Shown: positions 19,637 through 30,810 of the stretch, one piece after another
Layout of the letters: every line of letters begins with the position of its first letter
Position numbering within the stretch: position 1 is the stretch's first letter
DNA from: Candidatus Latescibacterota bacterium
GTDB lineage: Bacteria; Latescibacterota; UBA2968
Length of the DNA stretch: 64,000 nt
NCBI GenBank assembly: GCA_965205975.1
Contig: OZ242195.1
Location: 3,936,001 to 4,000,000, forward strand
Direction: 5' to 3'
The notes under the pieces: generated by a model
Database searches by the model: none
The model's input: the letters and a program-made list of their open reading frames with translations, nothing else
What the model was told of the DNA's origin: nothing
Position numbers and translations under genes: made by a program

Positions 19637-21997
19637 ATGCCTCCTCGCCGTTCTTCCCAACCAAAACCCCCATCTACACTCACCAACCTCCTATCCCGCC
19701 CCTGGGTACCCGTTGTATTCTTTGCCCTCCTCACAACCGGCTATTTCTATCACATCTTCATCACGGGCGACGTAATCTACGGCACCGACACCGGTGCAGA
19801 ATTTCACAGAGGCAACGAACCCTTTGCAGAAGCCCTGAGCAAATTGCCGCCAAAAAACTGGAGTCGATACATGGGTGGCATGCCAGAATCCGCCGCGCTG
19901 CGCGCCCAATACTATCCCCTCATCGTCATCGACCTCTTCACCAGCCAACACCGCTATTTTGGCTGGCGTTACATCTTTGCCATGTTCACAGCGGGCTACT
20001 TCATGTACCTCTGCGCGCGCAGCTTTGGCCTCCATCCCCTCGCCGCCCTCATCGCGGGTGCGGCCTATGCCTCTGCCCCGGCATTCCTCTCCTTCTCGCA
20101 TGCCGGGCACTATGCAAAAATGACCGTCATCGGCCTCTTCCCCCTCATGTACTGGGCGCTCAACCGCGGCATGGACACGCGGCGCATCATCTACTTTTTA
20201 ATCCTCGGCGGCACCGTCGGCATCGCCATCTACAGCCCGCACCTCCAGATGGCCTACTTCGCCCTCTGGGGACTGGGCCTGCTCTTCCTCTACAAACTCT
20301 TATGGGGCCTGTCCCGCAATGGAACAAAAACCGCCCTCTATCAAACCCTCTTATCAGCAGGCGCGATCTGCCTGGGCCTCGCCATCGGCGCAGAAGGCGT
20401 CATCCCACAATACTGGAACACAAAAACCGCCTCAAAACGCGCCTTCACCGAACAACAAACCGACGAAGGGTATGAATTTGCCTCATCCTGGTCGCTTCAT
20501 CCCGAAGAAATATTCGCCCTCGTCATCCCCGAATTTGTCGCCTTTGACACCAACACAACAGCCCACAAATACTGGGGACGCAACGCCTTCAAAATCAACT
20601 CCGAATACGTCGGCATCGTCCCCCTCTTCTTCGCCATCCTTGCCCTCTCGCGCACGCGCAAAAAAACCCACATCGCATTCCTCCTCGGCCTCTTCATACT
20701 CTCAGTCGCCTACGCACTCGGACCCCACACCCCCTTGCACAAACTCCTCTACCACCTCGTCCCCGGCGTCAGCACATTGCGCGCACCCGGCATGATCGCC
20801 TTCCTCTTTGCCTTTGCGCTGTGCGCCCTCGGCGCGTACGGTCTTCACCGCCTCATAACCGACGACATCACCCCGGAAGCAGCAAAAAAACTCGGCATCG
20901 CAGGCGGGATATGCACCGCAATCCTCCTCTTATTTGCCTTCGTCCCCTCCGCACTCTTATCCTTATGGCAAAACATCGTCTGGACAGACATACCCTCCTC
21001 CCGTCAGCAAATCGCCCAGGCGAACCTCACCCATACAGGACAGGGCGCATTGCTCGCCGCACTCTTCGTCGGCACACTCACCGCCATCTCGTATCTCCGC
21101 GCACAAAACAAACTCCAAATCCACACCTTTGCCCTTGTGCTCCTCACCGTCCTCCTCATCGACACATGGCGCATCGACAAACTATTTCTCAACTATGCCA
21201 ACCCCAACCGCGTTCTACCAGAAGAGCGCGTCAATGCCGACGCCGTTGCCTTCCTCAAACGGGACAACAGCCTCTTCCGCGTACTCGCCCTACCCGACCA
21301 CAACCAGATGCCCTTGCCCGGCATAGACCTCGTAACCGGATTTCACGACTTCGCCATCAGGCGTTATGATCACATCCTCAAATCCGGAGCCATCAACAAC
21401 CCCGCGATCCTCAACCTCCTCAACACCAGATACATCGTCGCACCCTCTGAACTGAACATCCCATATCTCGAAAAAATTGCCGGACGCCAGGGCCTGCACA
21501 TCTACCGCAACCCCGGTGCGCTACCGTGGTTTTATCTCGCGCCCCAATACGAAATCATCCCCGATGAAAACCAGATCCTCCAAAAACTGACCGACCCCAA
21601 CACCAACCCCATGCAAACAGCAATCATCGAAGAAAACCCCGGCATCACCCCCGACCCCAACGCCAGCGAACCGGGCAGCGTCAAACGCCTCGAATACAAC
21701 GAACACCAGGGCCATCTCAAACTCAGCACAACAGCCCCCGGACCCCGCATCCTCGTCATCTCGCAAAACCACCACCCCAACTGGACTGCCACCGTCAACG
21801 GCGAACCCAAACCCCTCATCCGCGCCAACTACCTCTGGACCGCAGTCGCGCTTGAACCCGGCGAACACATCGTCGAACTCACCTACCGCGACCCCATCGT
21901 AGCCACCACGCGCTGGATCACACTCGGCGGCGTTATCATCCTCATCGCGGCAATCGCGCTGAGCCTGTACAAACCCCATGAAAAAACCCACAACTGA
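19637..21997 (+). CDS. YfhO-like polytopic membrane protein (GT-C fold)
   Basis: ~12 TM segments, W..Y.GGMP, EYVG, and C-terminal ILVISQNHHPNWTATVNG..IRANY..AV.LEPGEH.VELTY domain. Confidence 0.85.
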   Translation: MPPRRSSQPKPPSTLTNLLSRPWVPVVFFALLTTGYFYHIFITGDVIYGTDTGAEFHRGNEPFAEALSKLPPKNWSRYMGGMPESAALRAQYYPLIVIDLFTSQHRYFGWRYIFAMFTAGYFMYLCARSFGLHPLAALIAGAAYASAPAFLSFSHAGHYAKMTVIGLFPLMYWALNRGMDTRRIIYFLILGGTVGIAIYSPHLQMAYFALWGLGLLFLYKLLWGLSRNGTKTALYQTLLSAGAICLGLAIGAEGVIPQYWNTKTASKRAFTEQQTDEGYEFASSWSLHPEEIFALVIPEFVAFDTNTTAHKYWGRNAFKINSEYVGIVPLFFAILALSRTRKKTHIAFLLGLFILSVAYALGPHTPLHKLLYHLVPGVSTLRAPGMIAFLFAFALCALGAYGLHRLITDDITPEAAKKLGIAGGICTAILLLFAFVPSALLSLWQNIVWTDIPSSRQQIAQANLTHTGQGALLAALFVGTLTAISYLRAQNKLQIHTFALVLLTVLLIDTWRIDKLFLNYANPNRVLPEERVNADAVAFLKRDNSLFRVLALPDHNQMPLPGIDLVTGFHDFAIRRYDHILKSGAINNPAILNLLNTRYIVAPSELNIPYLEKIAGRQGLHIYRNPGALPWFYLAPQYEIIPDENQILQKLTDPNTNPMQTAIIEENPGITPDPNASEPGSVKRLEYNEHQGHLKLSTTAPGPRILVISQNHHPNWTATVNGEPKPLIRANYLWTAVALEPGEHIVELTYRDPIVATTRWITLGGVIILIAAIALSLYKPHEKTHN

Positions 21998-23519
21998 AAA
22001 ATCCGCCATCCAGCGCATTGCCCGCGGCACAATCCAGACCTTCGGCAGCACCTACCCCGCGCGACTCATCAACTTCGCGGTCCTCCTCCTGCTCTATCAG
22101 ATCCTCGTCCCCGAAGACTTTGGCGCCATCGCAACAGCCTATTCCATACTCGTCCTTATAATCGCCATCCGCGACCTCGGCTTGCACTACGCCCTCTTGC
22201 ACGAACACGACAACGTCCACGACCTCGCCCCCACACACTTTGTACTCAGCGTCAGCCTGGGCAGCATCAGCACACTCCTCGCCCTGTGCATCGCCCTCTA
22301 TTCCGAGCACCTGTTTGAACTCACCCGCACATTCAACACCTACATCACAGACACCGATACAGAACAAACCTACCCCAAAGTCGCCATCGCTCTGGGCATA
22401 CTGGGCGCATTCGACCTGATCCGAACAGCCGCTCTCACCGCCGAAACCCAACTCCAGCGCGACCTCGAATTCGGGCGCCTCGCCTTTGCACATGCAGGCG
22501 GAACCATCCTCGCAGCCCTCGTCGGCCTCGCCGTTGCCTACCTCGGATACGGCAAATGGGCACTCATCTTCGGATTCTTCCCATACAGCGTCACCTACAT
22601 CCTCTTCTATTGCACCGTCGTCTGGCTCCGCCATCCCCCGCCCCTGAACCAGCTACACACCTTCAACGCACAAGCCGCGCGGCGCATGATCCGCTACGGC
22701 TTATGGTTCTGGATCGGCGGCATACCCAAAATCTTCATTCAACACTACGACAAACTCATCATCAGCCTGTTCTTCGGACTAAGCCTGCGCGGCATATACG
22801 ACGCCGCACACAATTTTGCACAGATACCCACCGGAGCCATCACCATGGTCATGGTACGCATCACCGCCACAGTGTACGCGCGCTACCAGAACAACCGCGA
22901 CCAACTCTCCGCAGCATACCGCCGAACCTCGCGCCTCATCCTCCGCACCACAGTCCCCATCTCCCTCGTGCTCGCGCTCGAAGCCAACCGATGGATCCAC
23001 ATCTTCAAACCCGACTGGGCACCTGCCGCCCCCCTCCTCCAATGGCTCATCATCTACGCCCTCTGTCGCCCCATACTCGACGATATACACGCCCTATTTT
23101 ACAGCGCAGGCAGCCCCAAAAGCATCGCAAAATTCTCTGCGGCGCAAGCCCTCATCCTCCTCATCCTCGCCCCCTATCTCGCCCATCACATGGACGCCAC
23201 AGGCATCGCCATCAGCATGAACGCCATCGCCCTCGTCGGCCTCATCCTCGCACTCATCCTCGTACGCGCACATGTCGATATCCCCATCGCCAAAACTTAT
23301 GCCCCCCCGCTCATCGCCGCAGCCATTGGCACGGGCCTGCACTTTGCCAGTTCCGAATGGCTCAACACATTGCCAATACTGCTGGGCGTCCTCGCAGGCA
23401 GCGCGATCTTCACCACAGGTTATGGCTCGGGCCTCCTCATCCTCGAACGCAAAACAATAATCGACGAAATCAAAACCGTCATCCGCGCCATCAAACCTGG
23501 ATCAGGATTTACAGGATGA
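21978..23519 (+). CDS. Wzx-type oligosaccharide flippase
   Basis: L.PEDFG, DLGL, YGKWALI, DKLII..FG...GIY; 12+ TM segments. Confidence 0.85.
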   Translation: MKKPTTEKSAIQRIARGTIQTFGSTYPARLINFAVLLLLYQILVPEDFGAIATAYSILVLIIAIRDLGLHYALLHEHDNVHDLAPTHFVLSVSLGSISTLLALCIALYSEHLFELTRTFNTYITDTDTEQTYPKVAIALGILGAFDLIRTAALTAETQLQRDLEFGRLAFAHAGGTILAALVGLAVAYLGYGKWALIFGFFPYSVTYILFYCTVVWLRHPPPLNQLHTFNAQAARRMIRYGLWFWIGGIPKIFIQHYDKLIISLFFGLSLRGIYDAAHNFAQIPTGAITMVMVRITATVYARYQNNRDQLSAAYRRTSRLILRTTVPISLVLALEANRWIHIFKPDWAPAAPLLQWLIIYALCRPILDDIHALFYSAGSPKSIAKFSAAQALILLILAPYLAHHMDATGIAISMNAIALVGLILALILVRAHVDIPIAKTYAPPLIAAAIGTGLHFASSEWLNTLPILLGVLAGSAIFTTGYGSGLLILERKTIIDEIKTVIRAIKPGSGFTG

Positions 23520-23630
23520 AAGGATGGACAGGATGAAAGGATGGACAGGATGAAAAGCAAAAACCTTCTGGATCGCGGCTCAACTTCATAGCCTGCCCCT
23601 GTATGCTTTAAGCAGGGGCCGCGATGACGG
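23499..23630. repeat. 17-bp tandem repeat plus REP-like unit with nested hairpin
   Basis: ACAGGATGAAAGGATGG x2.6 from 23511, then TGGATCGCGGC...GCCGCGATGAC enclosing CCTGCCCC...CAGGGG. Confidence 0.8.
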
Positions 23631-23720
23631 CTCTACCCTTAATTGTATTGACATGAAAAAAACAGGGACGAACACACAGACTCGCCCCCACCATTTACCT
23701 GACACAATTTCAGATCGGGA

Positions 23721-24068
23721 TTACACAGCAGCCTCTGAAGATCTTTCGCGCTCCAAAAGCTGTAAACACAACGCACGTATCTTTTCCAACTCGTGCAAAA
23801 ATTCGCGCTGGGCTTCTTCAGCGGGCAAACTCTCAAATAAATCTGGCAACTGCACCCCGCGGCTCATAACCATATTGGCTTCTCGGCTCTGGAAATGCTT
23901 GCGGACATAGAGACAGTTATCCGCGTGATAAAAGCGTCCAATCGCCTCAGAAGGACTCAAAGCACCACTATGTAAGGACTGCACAAGCCCCAGATTCAAA
24001 AATGCAAAAAATGCCAACCCAGACTCCCCATTGGAATCTGAAAGAAGAATGCGATGATGTGCTTTCAT
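23721..24068 (-). CDS. DUF3969-like putative immunity/antitoxin protein
   Basis: LNLGLVQSL.SG.LS..EA..RF...GVQL.DL.ESL...L..IR..CL.LL pattern (recalled); ATGA overlap with upstream ORF. Confidence 0.55.
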   Translation of the reverse strand: MKAHHRILLSDSNGESGLAFFAFLNLGLVQSLHSGALSPSEAIGRFYHADNCLYVRKHFQSREANMVMSRGVQLPDLFESLPAEEAQREFLHELEKIRALCLQLLERERSSEAAV

Positions 24069-24307
24069 AAATTCACCGAAAAGTATTTTACACCTGCAAC
24101 ATGGCCAGATTCGTGTTCAAAATAATGGACCTCGCCAGTGTTGCCTTTTTTAATAACCTTTTGCCATCTTCCGGCCCGTAAGTTTCTCAATACATGCATA
24201 ACAGAACGATTGCGAACTGGATATTTAACTGTTCCACCTCGAATAGGGCTCCATCCCAAAGGCACTGATCCAGATGCATAGACATTTGGATAGAGATAGA
24301 GCGGCAT
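24065..24307 (-). CDS. 80-aa basic protein resembling a polymorphic-toxin C-terminal tip
   Basis: LR.LRAGRWQKV...EVHYFEHESGHV.GVK; translationally coupled to the DUF3969-like gene. Confidence 0.5.
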   Translation of the reverse strand: MPLYLYPNVYASGSVPLGWSPIRGGTVKYPVRNRSVMHVLRNLRAGRWQKVIKKGNTGEVHYFEHESGHVAGVKYFSVNL

Positions 24308-24487
24308 TCAAAAGACCTCACACGAGCAATATATCTCTTATTCTTATCAAAATACATCTATAATGTATATATATCAAGCCCATCTCGGACGTTTTTTTGC
24401 ATATCGCCATCAACTCCTGAACCGCTATTGACATTTGCCCCTATTTTCATTATTATTCTAAAAATAATTATTATTGAAAGAATAATA

Positions 24488-25894
24488 ATGAAATTCTACG
24501 ACAGAGAAACAGAACTCGCACTCCTGCGAGAACTCACCGAAAGATCAACCCAATATTCTCAATTCACCGCAATCTTTGGGCGACGTCGCATAGGAAAAAC
24601 AGAACTCGTGCGCCAGCATCTCCAGAATCGCGGCATCTATTTCTTTGTCGAAAAGCGCCCTTCAAATGCCCTCCTCGCCGAATTCTCCGCCACCCTCAAA
24701 TCGCACATTGCCCACGCGCCCACTTTTACAGATTGGAAAGACTTTTTCGTATTCCTCTTTGCCGAAACCCAGCGCCAGCCCCTGATCGTCGTCTTCGATG
24801 AATTTCAAAACTTCCTCACCATCGAACCCGCCATCTATTCCATCCTCCAGGACGTGTGGGACACATGGCAAAAACAATCCAGAATCCATCTCATCGCCAT
24901 AGGTTCTGTCGTCGGCCTGATGAAAAAAGTCTTCCAGGACGCCAAAGAACCCCTCTACGGCCGCCTCACCCGGGAAATAGACCTCAGCCCCTTACCCATC
25001 GACGCCATCTATCAAATCGCCACAGAACTCGACTTTCAATCGCCCACAGACATCCTGACCCTCTACGGCATCTTCGGCGGCATGCCCCGGTACTACGAAA
25101 TCATAGAAAGCATGGACCTGGGTGGCAACACCATCCCCCACATTCTCCATCACGCATTATTCACCCCCTTTGCCCCCTTTCGCAATGAAATGCGCGACAT
25201 CATCCTCTCCGAATTTGGAAACACGGCCCACACCTACCTAGCAATCCTCGAAGCCATCGCCACGGGCAAAACCCGCCGATCTGAAATCGCAGGTCCCGTC
25301 GGACTACCAGCCACGAGCCTGTCCAAATACCTGCGCGAATTATCCGACCTATTCGACCTCATCGAACGCGAAGTACCCGTCACCGAACGACCATGGAAAA
25401 CAAAAAAAAGCCGCTATAAAATCCGCGACCCCTTTATCACATTCTGGATGCGATTCATCTACCGGCAATTGAGCATCTACGAATCGGGCAATTTTCCGTA
25501 CTTCCTCAATCGCCTCGACACTTACATATCGGAATTCATGGGCTTTGCCTTTGAAAACATCACGCGAGAACTCTTAATCCAACGCAACCACCAAAACGCC
25601 GCGCCCTTCTACTTTCACAGAATCGGACGCTGGTGGGACAGACAAAGCGAAATAGACCTCGTCGCCCACAACTCCGAAACCCGGCAAACCCTCTTTGTCG
25701 AATGCAAATGGACATCCACCCCCGTTGGCACAGACGTCCTGCAAACCCTCAAACACCGCGCCCAAAAGCTCCCAACCTCGGAGGCTTTTTATCTCATCAC
25801 CTCCAAATCCGGATTCACCGACACCCTCAAAAATCTCCGCGACCCGTACCTCCACCTCTGGGACCCAGACGACATCGCGACATTTTTGATTTAG
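24488..25894 (+). CDS. Archaeal-type ATPase (ATPase_2) with wHTH and DUF234 PD-(D/E)xK domain
   Basis: FYDRETEL, GRRRIGKT, VFDEFQ, GGMPRY, GRWW..EIDLVA..FVECKW; start at ATG 24488. Confidence 0.88.
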   Translation: MKFYDRETELALLRELTERSTQYSQFTAIFGRRRIGKTELVRQHLQNRGIYFFVEKRPSNALLAEFSATLKSHIAHAPTFTDWKDFFVFLFAETQRQPLIVVFDEFQNFLTIEPAIYSILQDVWDTWQKQSRIHLIAIGSVVGLMKKVFQDAKEPLYGRLTREIDLSPLPIDAIYQIATELDFQSPTDILTLYGIFGGMPRYYEIIESMDLGGNTIPHILHHALFTPFAPFRNEMRDIILSEFGNTAHTYLAILEAIATGKTRRSEIAGPVGLPATSLSKYLRELSDLFDLIEREVPVTERPWKTKKSRYKIRDPFITFWMRFIYRQLSIYESGNFPYFLNRLDTYISEFMGFAFENITRELLIQRNHQNAAPFYFHRIGRWWDRQSEIDLVAHNSETRQTLFVECKWTSTPVGTDVLQTLKHRAQKLPTSEAFYLITSKSGFTDTLKNLRDPYLHLWDPDDIATFLI

Positions 25895-25975
25895 AATTTG
25901 ACCTTTCCCGATCAAAACCCTATTTTTTCCATTCGCAAAATCACCAACTGATAGCGGAATGCTGGAAGCACATCC

Positions 25976-27028
25976 ATGAAAACCCTCCTCGTCACTGGCT
26001 CATCGGGCCTCATAGGCTCGGAAGTCTGCATCTATTTTTCCGAACAGGGATATATTGTCCACGGTATAGACAACAATCAACGCGCCGTCTTTTTTGGTCC
26101 CCAGGGAGACACGCGCTGGAATCAAAAACGTCTGAACAGCGTCTTAAAACACTTCCACCACCACGAAATAGACATCCGCGACCGTATGGGCATCTGCGAA
26201 CGCCTCTCCCAAATAAAACCCAACGCCATCATACACGCAGCCGCCCAACCCTCGCACGACCTCGCCGCACGCATCCCCTTTGACGACTTTGACACCAACG
26301 CCGTCGGCACGCTCAACCTCCTCGAAGCCGCGCGTCAAACCTGTCCCGAATCCCCCTTCATCCACATGTCCACCAACAAAGTCTATGGCGATGCCCCCAA
26401 CCACATCCCCTTAAAAGAATTAGACACCCGCTATGATTACGACGACCCCGCGTACAAACACGGCATCCCCGAAACATTGACCATCGACCAGTCCGTACAC
26501 TCCCTCTTTGGCGCATCCAAAGTCGCCGCCGACATCATGGTACAGGAATACGGGCGTTACTTTTCCATGCCCACCTGCTGCCTGCGCGGCGGATGCCTCA
26601 CCGGACCCAATCACAGCGGCGTTGAACTCCACGGCTTCTTGAGCTATCTAATCAAATGCAACATGGAAAACCACACGTACACCATCTTCGGTTACAAAGG
26701 CAAACAGGTTCGCGACAATATCCACGCCCTCGACGTCGCCCGCTTCATGTGGGCCTTTGTCCAATCGCCCCGATGCGGCGAAGTCTATAACCTCGGCGGC
26801 GGCAAAAACAACAGCTGCTCCATCCTCGAAGCATTCGATCTCGCCGCCCGGTATTCCGAAAAAAAAATGCAATACACCTATACCGACCAGAACCGCGAAG
26901 GCGACCATATATGCTATTACAGCGACCTCCGCAAAATGAAATCGCACTACCCCAACTGGGACATCACAAAAACCCTCGAAGACACCTTTGCCGAAATTGT
27001 CGCAAGCTGGCAGAAACGGCTCGTATAA
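25976..27028 (+). CDS. NAD-dependent epimerase (CDP-paratose 2-epimerase-like)
   Basis: [36 protein letters not shown]. Confidence 0.88.
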   Translation: MKTLLVTGSSGLIGSEVCIYFSEQGYIVHGIDNNQRAVFFGPQGDTRWNQKRLNSVLKHFHHHEIDIRDRMGICERLSQIKPNAIIHAAAQPSHDLAARIPFDDFDTNAVGTLNLLEAARQTCPESPFIHMSTNKVYGDAPNHIPLKELDTRYDYDDPAYKHGIPETLTIDQSVHSLFGASKVAADIMVQEYGRYFSMPTCCLRGGCLTGPNHSGVELHGFLSYLIKCNMENHTYTIFGYKGKQVRDNIHALDVARFMWAFVQSPRCGEVYNLGGGKNNSCSILEAFDLAARYSEKKMQYTYTDQNREGDHICYYSDLRKMKSHYPNWDITKTLEDTFAEIVASWQKRLV

Positions 27029-27043
27029 TCGGAGAACCTAATT

Positions 27044-28000
27044 ATGAAAATCCAGGTCTATGCCGCTCACGAAGGCGTACAGGAAAGTTTGTTTCGCGAA
27101 TGGGTCGCATGCGGCCACGAAATCTACCTCACCGAAGGCTTTGGAAAATGGGAGGAGATACATGCTGCGTTACCCAAAGGGGTTAAACGCGGATACTCGA
27201 ACAACCCCGATGTCGTATGGGTTGGGATAACACAGGATATGCGCAACGCCCTGCTGTACAAATGGAAAAAACTCCGCCCGGGTATTCCCATAGTACTCAC
27301 GCACTGGTGGGTACCCTCAATCAGGCGATTTGCGGGAACCGTGTACAAATTTGCCCATCAAGTCAGCGTGTGCGAATGGGGACGCGAATATCTTTTGAAA
27401 CACCATAACATGGACTCCGCAGTCATGTATTGCCCGGTAGATCCAGACATCTTCACCTTAAGAGAAGAAGACCCCGACCCCAAGCGCGTCCTGTGCATTG
27501 GCCATCACTTTGTCTCACGCGACATCATGGGCTGGGAATACCTAAAACCCATCATGCACAAAGTCTATGAACAAGACCCCGAAGTACACTTCGAATTCCT
27601 GGGCATCAATCCCGAAATCGACCCCAACAACTATCCCAATGTCTCTACACGCGCAGTCCTCCAAAACGAAATGCCCGATTACGAGGCCAGAGCGCGGTGT
27701 GTCGTCATCACCACCACCTTCAACCTCATCCCGCACTCGCTATTGGGCGCAATGGCACTGGGACGCAATGTTGTCGCATTTGATCTTCCATCGCTACGCG
27801 AAGTCATCGAACACGAAAAAAGCGGGTACCTCATCCCGCGTTACGACACCGACGCCTTTGCCAAACAGATCCTCGAACTCACCAGCACACCCGTCAACCC
27901 GAAAATAGGCCGCAAAGCACGCGAGAGTGCATTGGGCAAAGCCGACCATCGACTCGTGGCATCGCAGTATGAAGCATTTTTTGAAAAAATTATAAAATAA
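27044..28000 (+). CDS. Divergent glycosyltransferase family 4
   Basis: C-terminal GT-B segment SLLGAMALG..VVAFD..LREVIEHEKSGYLI. Confidence 0.72.
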   Translation: MKIQVYAAHEGVQESLFREWVACGHEIYLTEGFGKWEEIHAALPKGVKRGYSNNPDVVWVGITQDMRNALLYKWKKLRPGIPIVLTHWWVPSIRRFAGTVYKFAHQVSVCEWGREYLLKHHNMDSAVMYCPVDPDIFTLREEDPDPKRVLCIGHHFVSRDIMGWEYLKPIMHKVYEQDPEVHFEFLGINPEIDPNNYPNVSTRAVLQNEMPDYEARARCVVITTTFNLIPHSLLGAMALGRNVVAFDLPSLREVIEHEKSGYLIPRYDTDAFAKQILELTSTPVNPKIGRKARESALGKADHRLVASQYEAFFEKIIK

Positions 28001-28013
28001 GAGGATTCATATC

Positions 28014-29156
28014 TTGTCTGTGCCAGAGACAATTTTAATCGGATCATTGCCACCCCCTATCACTGGACAAACCATTGCATTTCAGATGACCTGCGAGGGG
28101 TTTCAAAAGCGCGAGTTGCCATATCGGATCATCAACCTCAGCGGGGGAGAACACATACGGCCAGAGGGCGGCTTCTCTCTAAAACGGTTGATGCAACTCC
28201 TCAAACCCTTCTTCAAAGCACTTATCCTTTTATTTGGCAAAAAAAATTTATACCTCAGTGCCACTCAAAATTGGGTGGGATTTCTCAGAGACAGCATATT
28301 CATACTCCTCGCCACCATCGGCAGGCAACGTATTGTGATTCACTTCCAGGGGGGAAATTACGACGGCTTCTATGCCTCCCTCTCGCCCTTGCAACAGTAC
28401 GCGGTGCGCGCCTTTTTCAAACCTGTGGACAAAATATTGATCCTTGGAAAAAGTTTATATAGCATGTTCGATTTTGAACCTGCTCTGCGGGATAAAATAC
28501 AGGTCGTCTTCAATGGCCTGCCGTATGAGAGAGAGGACCTATCCCTTGAACCAAAACATCTGCCATCGGGAGAACGCCCAAAGCTCCTCTTCCTCTCCAA
28601 CCTGATCGTGAGCAAAGGCTACCTCCAGGTACTCGAAGCACTGCACACTCTGGTACATGACTTGAGAATTGACGCCGAATGTCATTTTTGTGGCAGCTTT
28701 GTCCTGGCATCCGACATCTGCCCTTACGCAACCCCCGAAGAAGCGGAAACCGATTTTCTGCACCGGATTGAAAAATTGGGACTGGGCGAACACGCATTCT
28801 GGCATGGTCCCGTCGATGGAAATAAAAAACTTCGTTTCCTGCAAGAAAGTCACTTCTTTTTGCTTCCAACCCGCTATGTGTACGAAGGTCAACCGATATC
28901 CATCATCGAAGCACTCGCATTCGGACTGGTTGTGATTACAACACCCCATCGCACGATACCGGAAATGGTAAAAGATGGTACGGTCGCGGAATTGATCCCC
29001 TTTGGTCAACCCGAGAAAATCGCACGCGCAATCGAATCTTACATCCGAAATCCAGACAAGTTTGAAGCGATGAGTCGCGCATCCATTGACCGATACCGCA
29101 AGACCTTTACCCGCGAACAACACTTGAAGAAATTGATCCCTCTTATTTTGGGATAA
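28014..29156 (+). CDS. Glycosyltransferase family 4
   Basis: LPPP.TGQ, LFLSNL..SKG, PT.Y.YEGQPISIIEALAFGL. Confidence 0.9.
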   Translation: MSVPETILIGSLPPPITGQTIAFQMTCEGFQKRELPYRIINLSGGEHIRPEGGFSLKRLMQLLKPFFKALILLFGKKNLYLSATQNWVGFLRDSIFILLATIGRQRIVIHFQGGNYDGFYASLSPLQQYAVRAFFKPVDKILILGKSLYSMFDFEPALRDKIQVVFNGLPYEREDLSLEPKHLPSGERPKLLFLSNLIVSKGYLQVLEALHTLVHDLRIDAECHFCGSFVLASDICPYATPEEAETDFLHRIEKLGLGEHAFWHGPVDGNKKLRFLQESHFFLLPTRYVYEGQPISIIEALAFGLVVITTPHRTIPEMVKDGTVAELIPFGQPEKIARAIESYIRNPDKFEAMSRASIDRYRKTFTREQHLKKLIPLILG

Positions 29157-29202
29157 AAGTGGCATCGCCCTGTATTTTCCACCTGACAATGCCAATTAAG
29201 AC

Positions 29203-30726
29203 ATGAACCAAAAACACCAACAAAAGGCATCCTCTCCCCTCTTTAACCTCGCGCAACACGAACGCAAACTCTATTTCTTGCTTGCGCTGAGCCTGTGCGG
29301 TTTGCTCATGGGCATCCTCCTTTTCGACGCCAACCTCTCCCTCACTGGCGACAATGCCCAATTCATCAACCTGGGGCGATCCCTTGCCGATGGGTATGGA
29401 TTCTCGGAAACCATCGAAGGCGAACCCATTCCACACACCAAATACCCCTTTGGATTTCCGCTCCTCCTCGCCATAGTTCACATCCTCTTCCCCGACAACC
29501 TCATCGCGCTCAAAAGCCTCGTCGTCCTCCTCTACGCCATCTCGATCCCGCTCACCTATCTCCTCATCCGCCGCTTTGCGCCTCCCCCCATGGCACTCGG
29601 CGCAAGCGCACTATGTCTCGCATCCCCTCTCCTGTTGGATTACTCGCACCAGGTCATGTCCGAAATCCCCTTTCTCCTGTGCTCTCTCATAGCGCTCCTC
29701 CTCCTCCACCGCGCACGTGAATCCAATACCCTATCTACACTCGCACTTGCAATCATCGCCATAATCGCAGCCTACTACATCCGCAGCGCGGGCATCATCC
29801 TCATCGCCACAGGCATCATCTTCTTTGCCCTGCACAAAAAATGGAAAGAAGCGGGCCTCATCGCCACAGGCAGCTTCCTCCTCGCCCTGCCCTGGCAAAT
29901 CCGCAACGCATCGCTCGGCGGCACCCCCTACATCAAACAACTCCTCAGCATAAACCCCTATCGCCCGGAAGAGGGCATGATCACATTCACCGCCCTGATC
30001 GAACGCATCATCGCAAACCTCGAACTCTACGGCCTACAAATCATTCCCTATATCTTTCTGCCCAGTTTTATCGACGCCAACTACTTCGTCGGCCTCTTCT
30101 TCTCCAGCCTGATCCTCTACGCCCTGATCGCAGGACTCATAAAACGGCACTTGCTCATCGTATATCTCACCTGCTATCTGACCCTCTACATCCTCTGGCC
30201 CCAGGTCTGGTCCGACACGCGCTTTCTCGTCCCCGCCATCCCCATCCTCTTCTACACCATCCTCACCAGCCTGGACGAACTCCTCCACCTTCTCGCCCGA
30301 GCACTAAAAAAACCCGCCTCGCGCGCGGGTGTCGTACTCTTCTTCCTCTTCCTCCTCGGCTCAAATATCTATGAGACCAACAACCTCGCCAAATACACCG
30401 GGAGGTTGCCAACCGAGTGGAACAATTACTTTATCGCTGCAGAATGGATCGGAAAAAACACCGAACCCGACGTCAAAATCGCCTGCCGCAAACCCTTTCT
30501 CATGAACGCCATTGCCAGCCGCAAAGCCACGGGCTACGCCTGGAAAACACCCGATGAGGTCATTGCCGACTTTGAGCAAAAAAGCATCGAAATCGTCGTT
30601 ATCGACCAGATCGGATTCCGCTCCACACCCGAATTTCTCGTCCCCGCGGTCCGGGCACATGAAAACCGCTTTAAAGTCCTCCTCATCGTCCGCAATCCCG
30701 ACACCTACGTCTTAAAATTCAAATGA
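29203..30726 (+). CDS. GT-C (PMT/ArnT-like) membrane glycosyltransferase
   Basis: GDNAQF..LG.SLA.G.G, YPFGFPLLLA, MSEIPF, R.LVP; multiple TM segments. Confidence 0.82.
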   Translation: MNQKHQQKASSPLFNLAQHERKLYFLLALSLCGLLMGILLFDANLSLTGDNAQFINLGRSLADGYGFSETIEGEPIPHTKYPFGFPLLLAIVHILFPDNLIALKSLVVLLYAISIPLTYLLIRRFAPPPMALGASALCLASPLLLDYSHQVMSEIPFLLCSLIALLLLHRARESNTLSTLALAIIAIIAAYYIRSAGIILIATGIIFFALHKKWKEAGLIATGSFLLALPWQIRNASLGGTPYIKQLLSINPYRPEEGMITFTALIERIIANLELYGLQIIPYIFLPSFIDANYFVGLFFSSLILYALIAGLIKRHLLIVYLTCYLTLYILWPQVWSDTRFLVPAIPILFYTILTSLDELLHLLARALKKPASRAGVVLFFLFLLGSNIYETNNLAKYTGRLPTEWNNYFIAAEWIGKNTEPDVKIACRKPFLMNAIASRKATGYAWKTPDEVIADFEQKSIEIVVIDQIGFRSTPEFLVPAVRAHENRFKVLLIVRNPDTYVLKFK

Positions 30727-30810
30727 CCATCCCATTCGCATTTGTCAAAAAACGCGCCCTTTGCTATCTTTGTCATAATTCTCATCTTCTAATCTCAACA
30801 ATACGCGACC

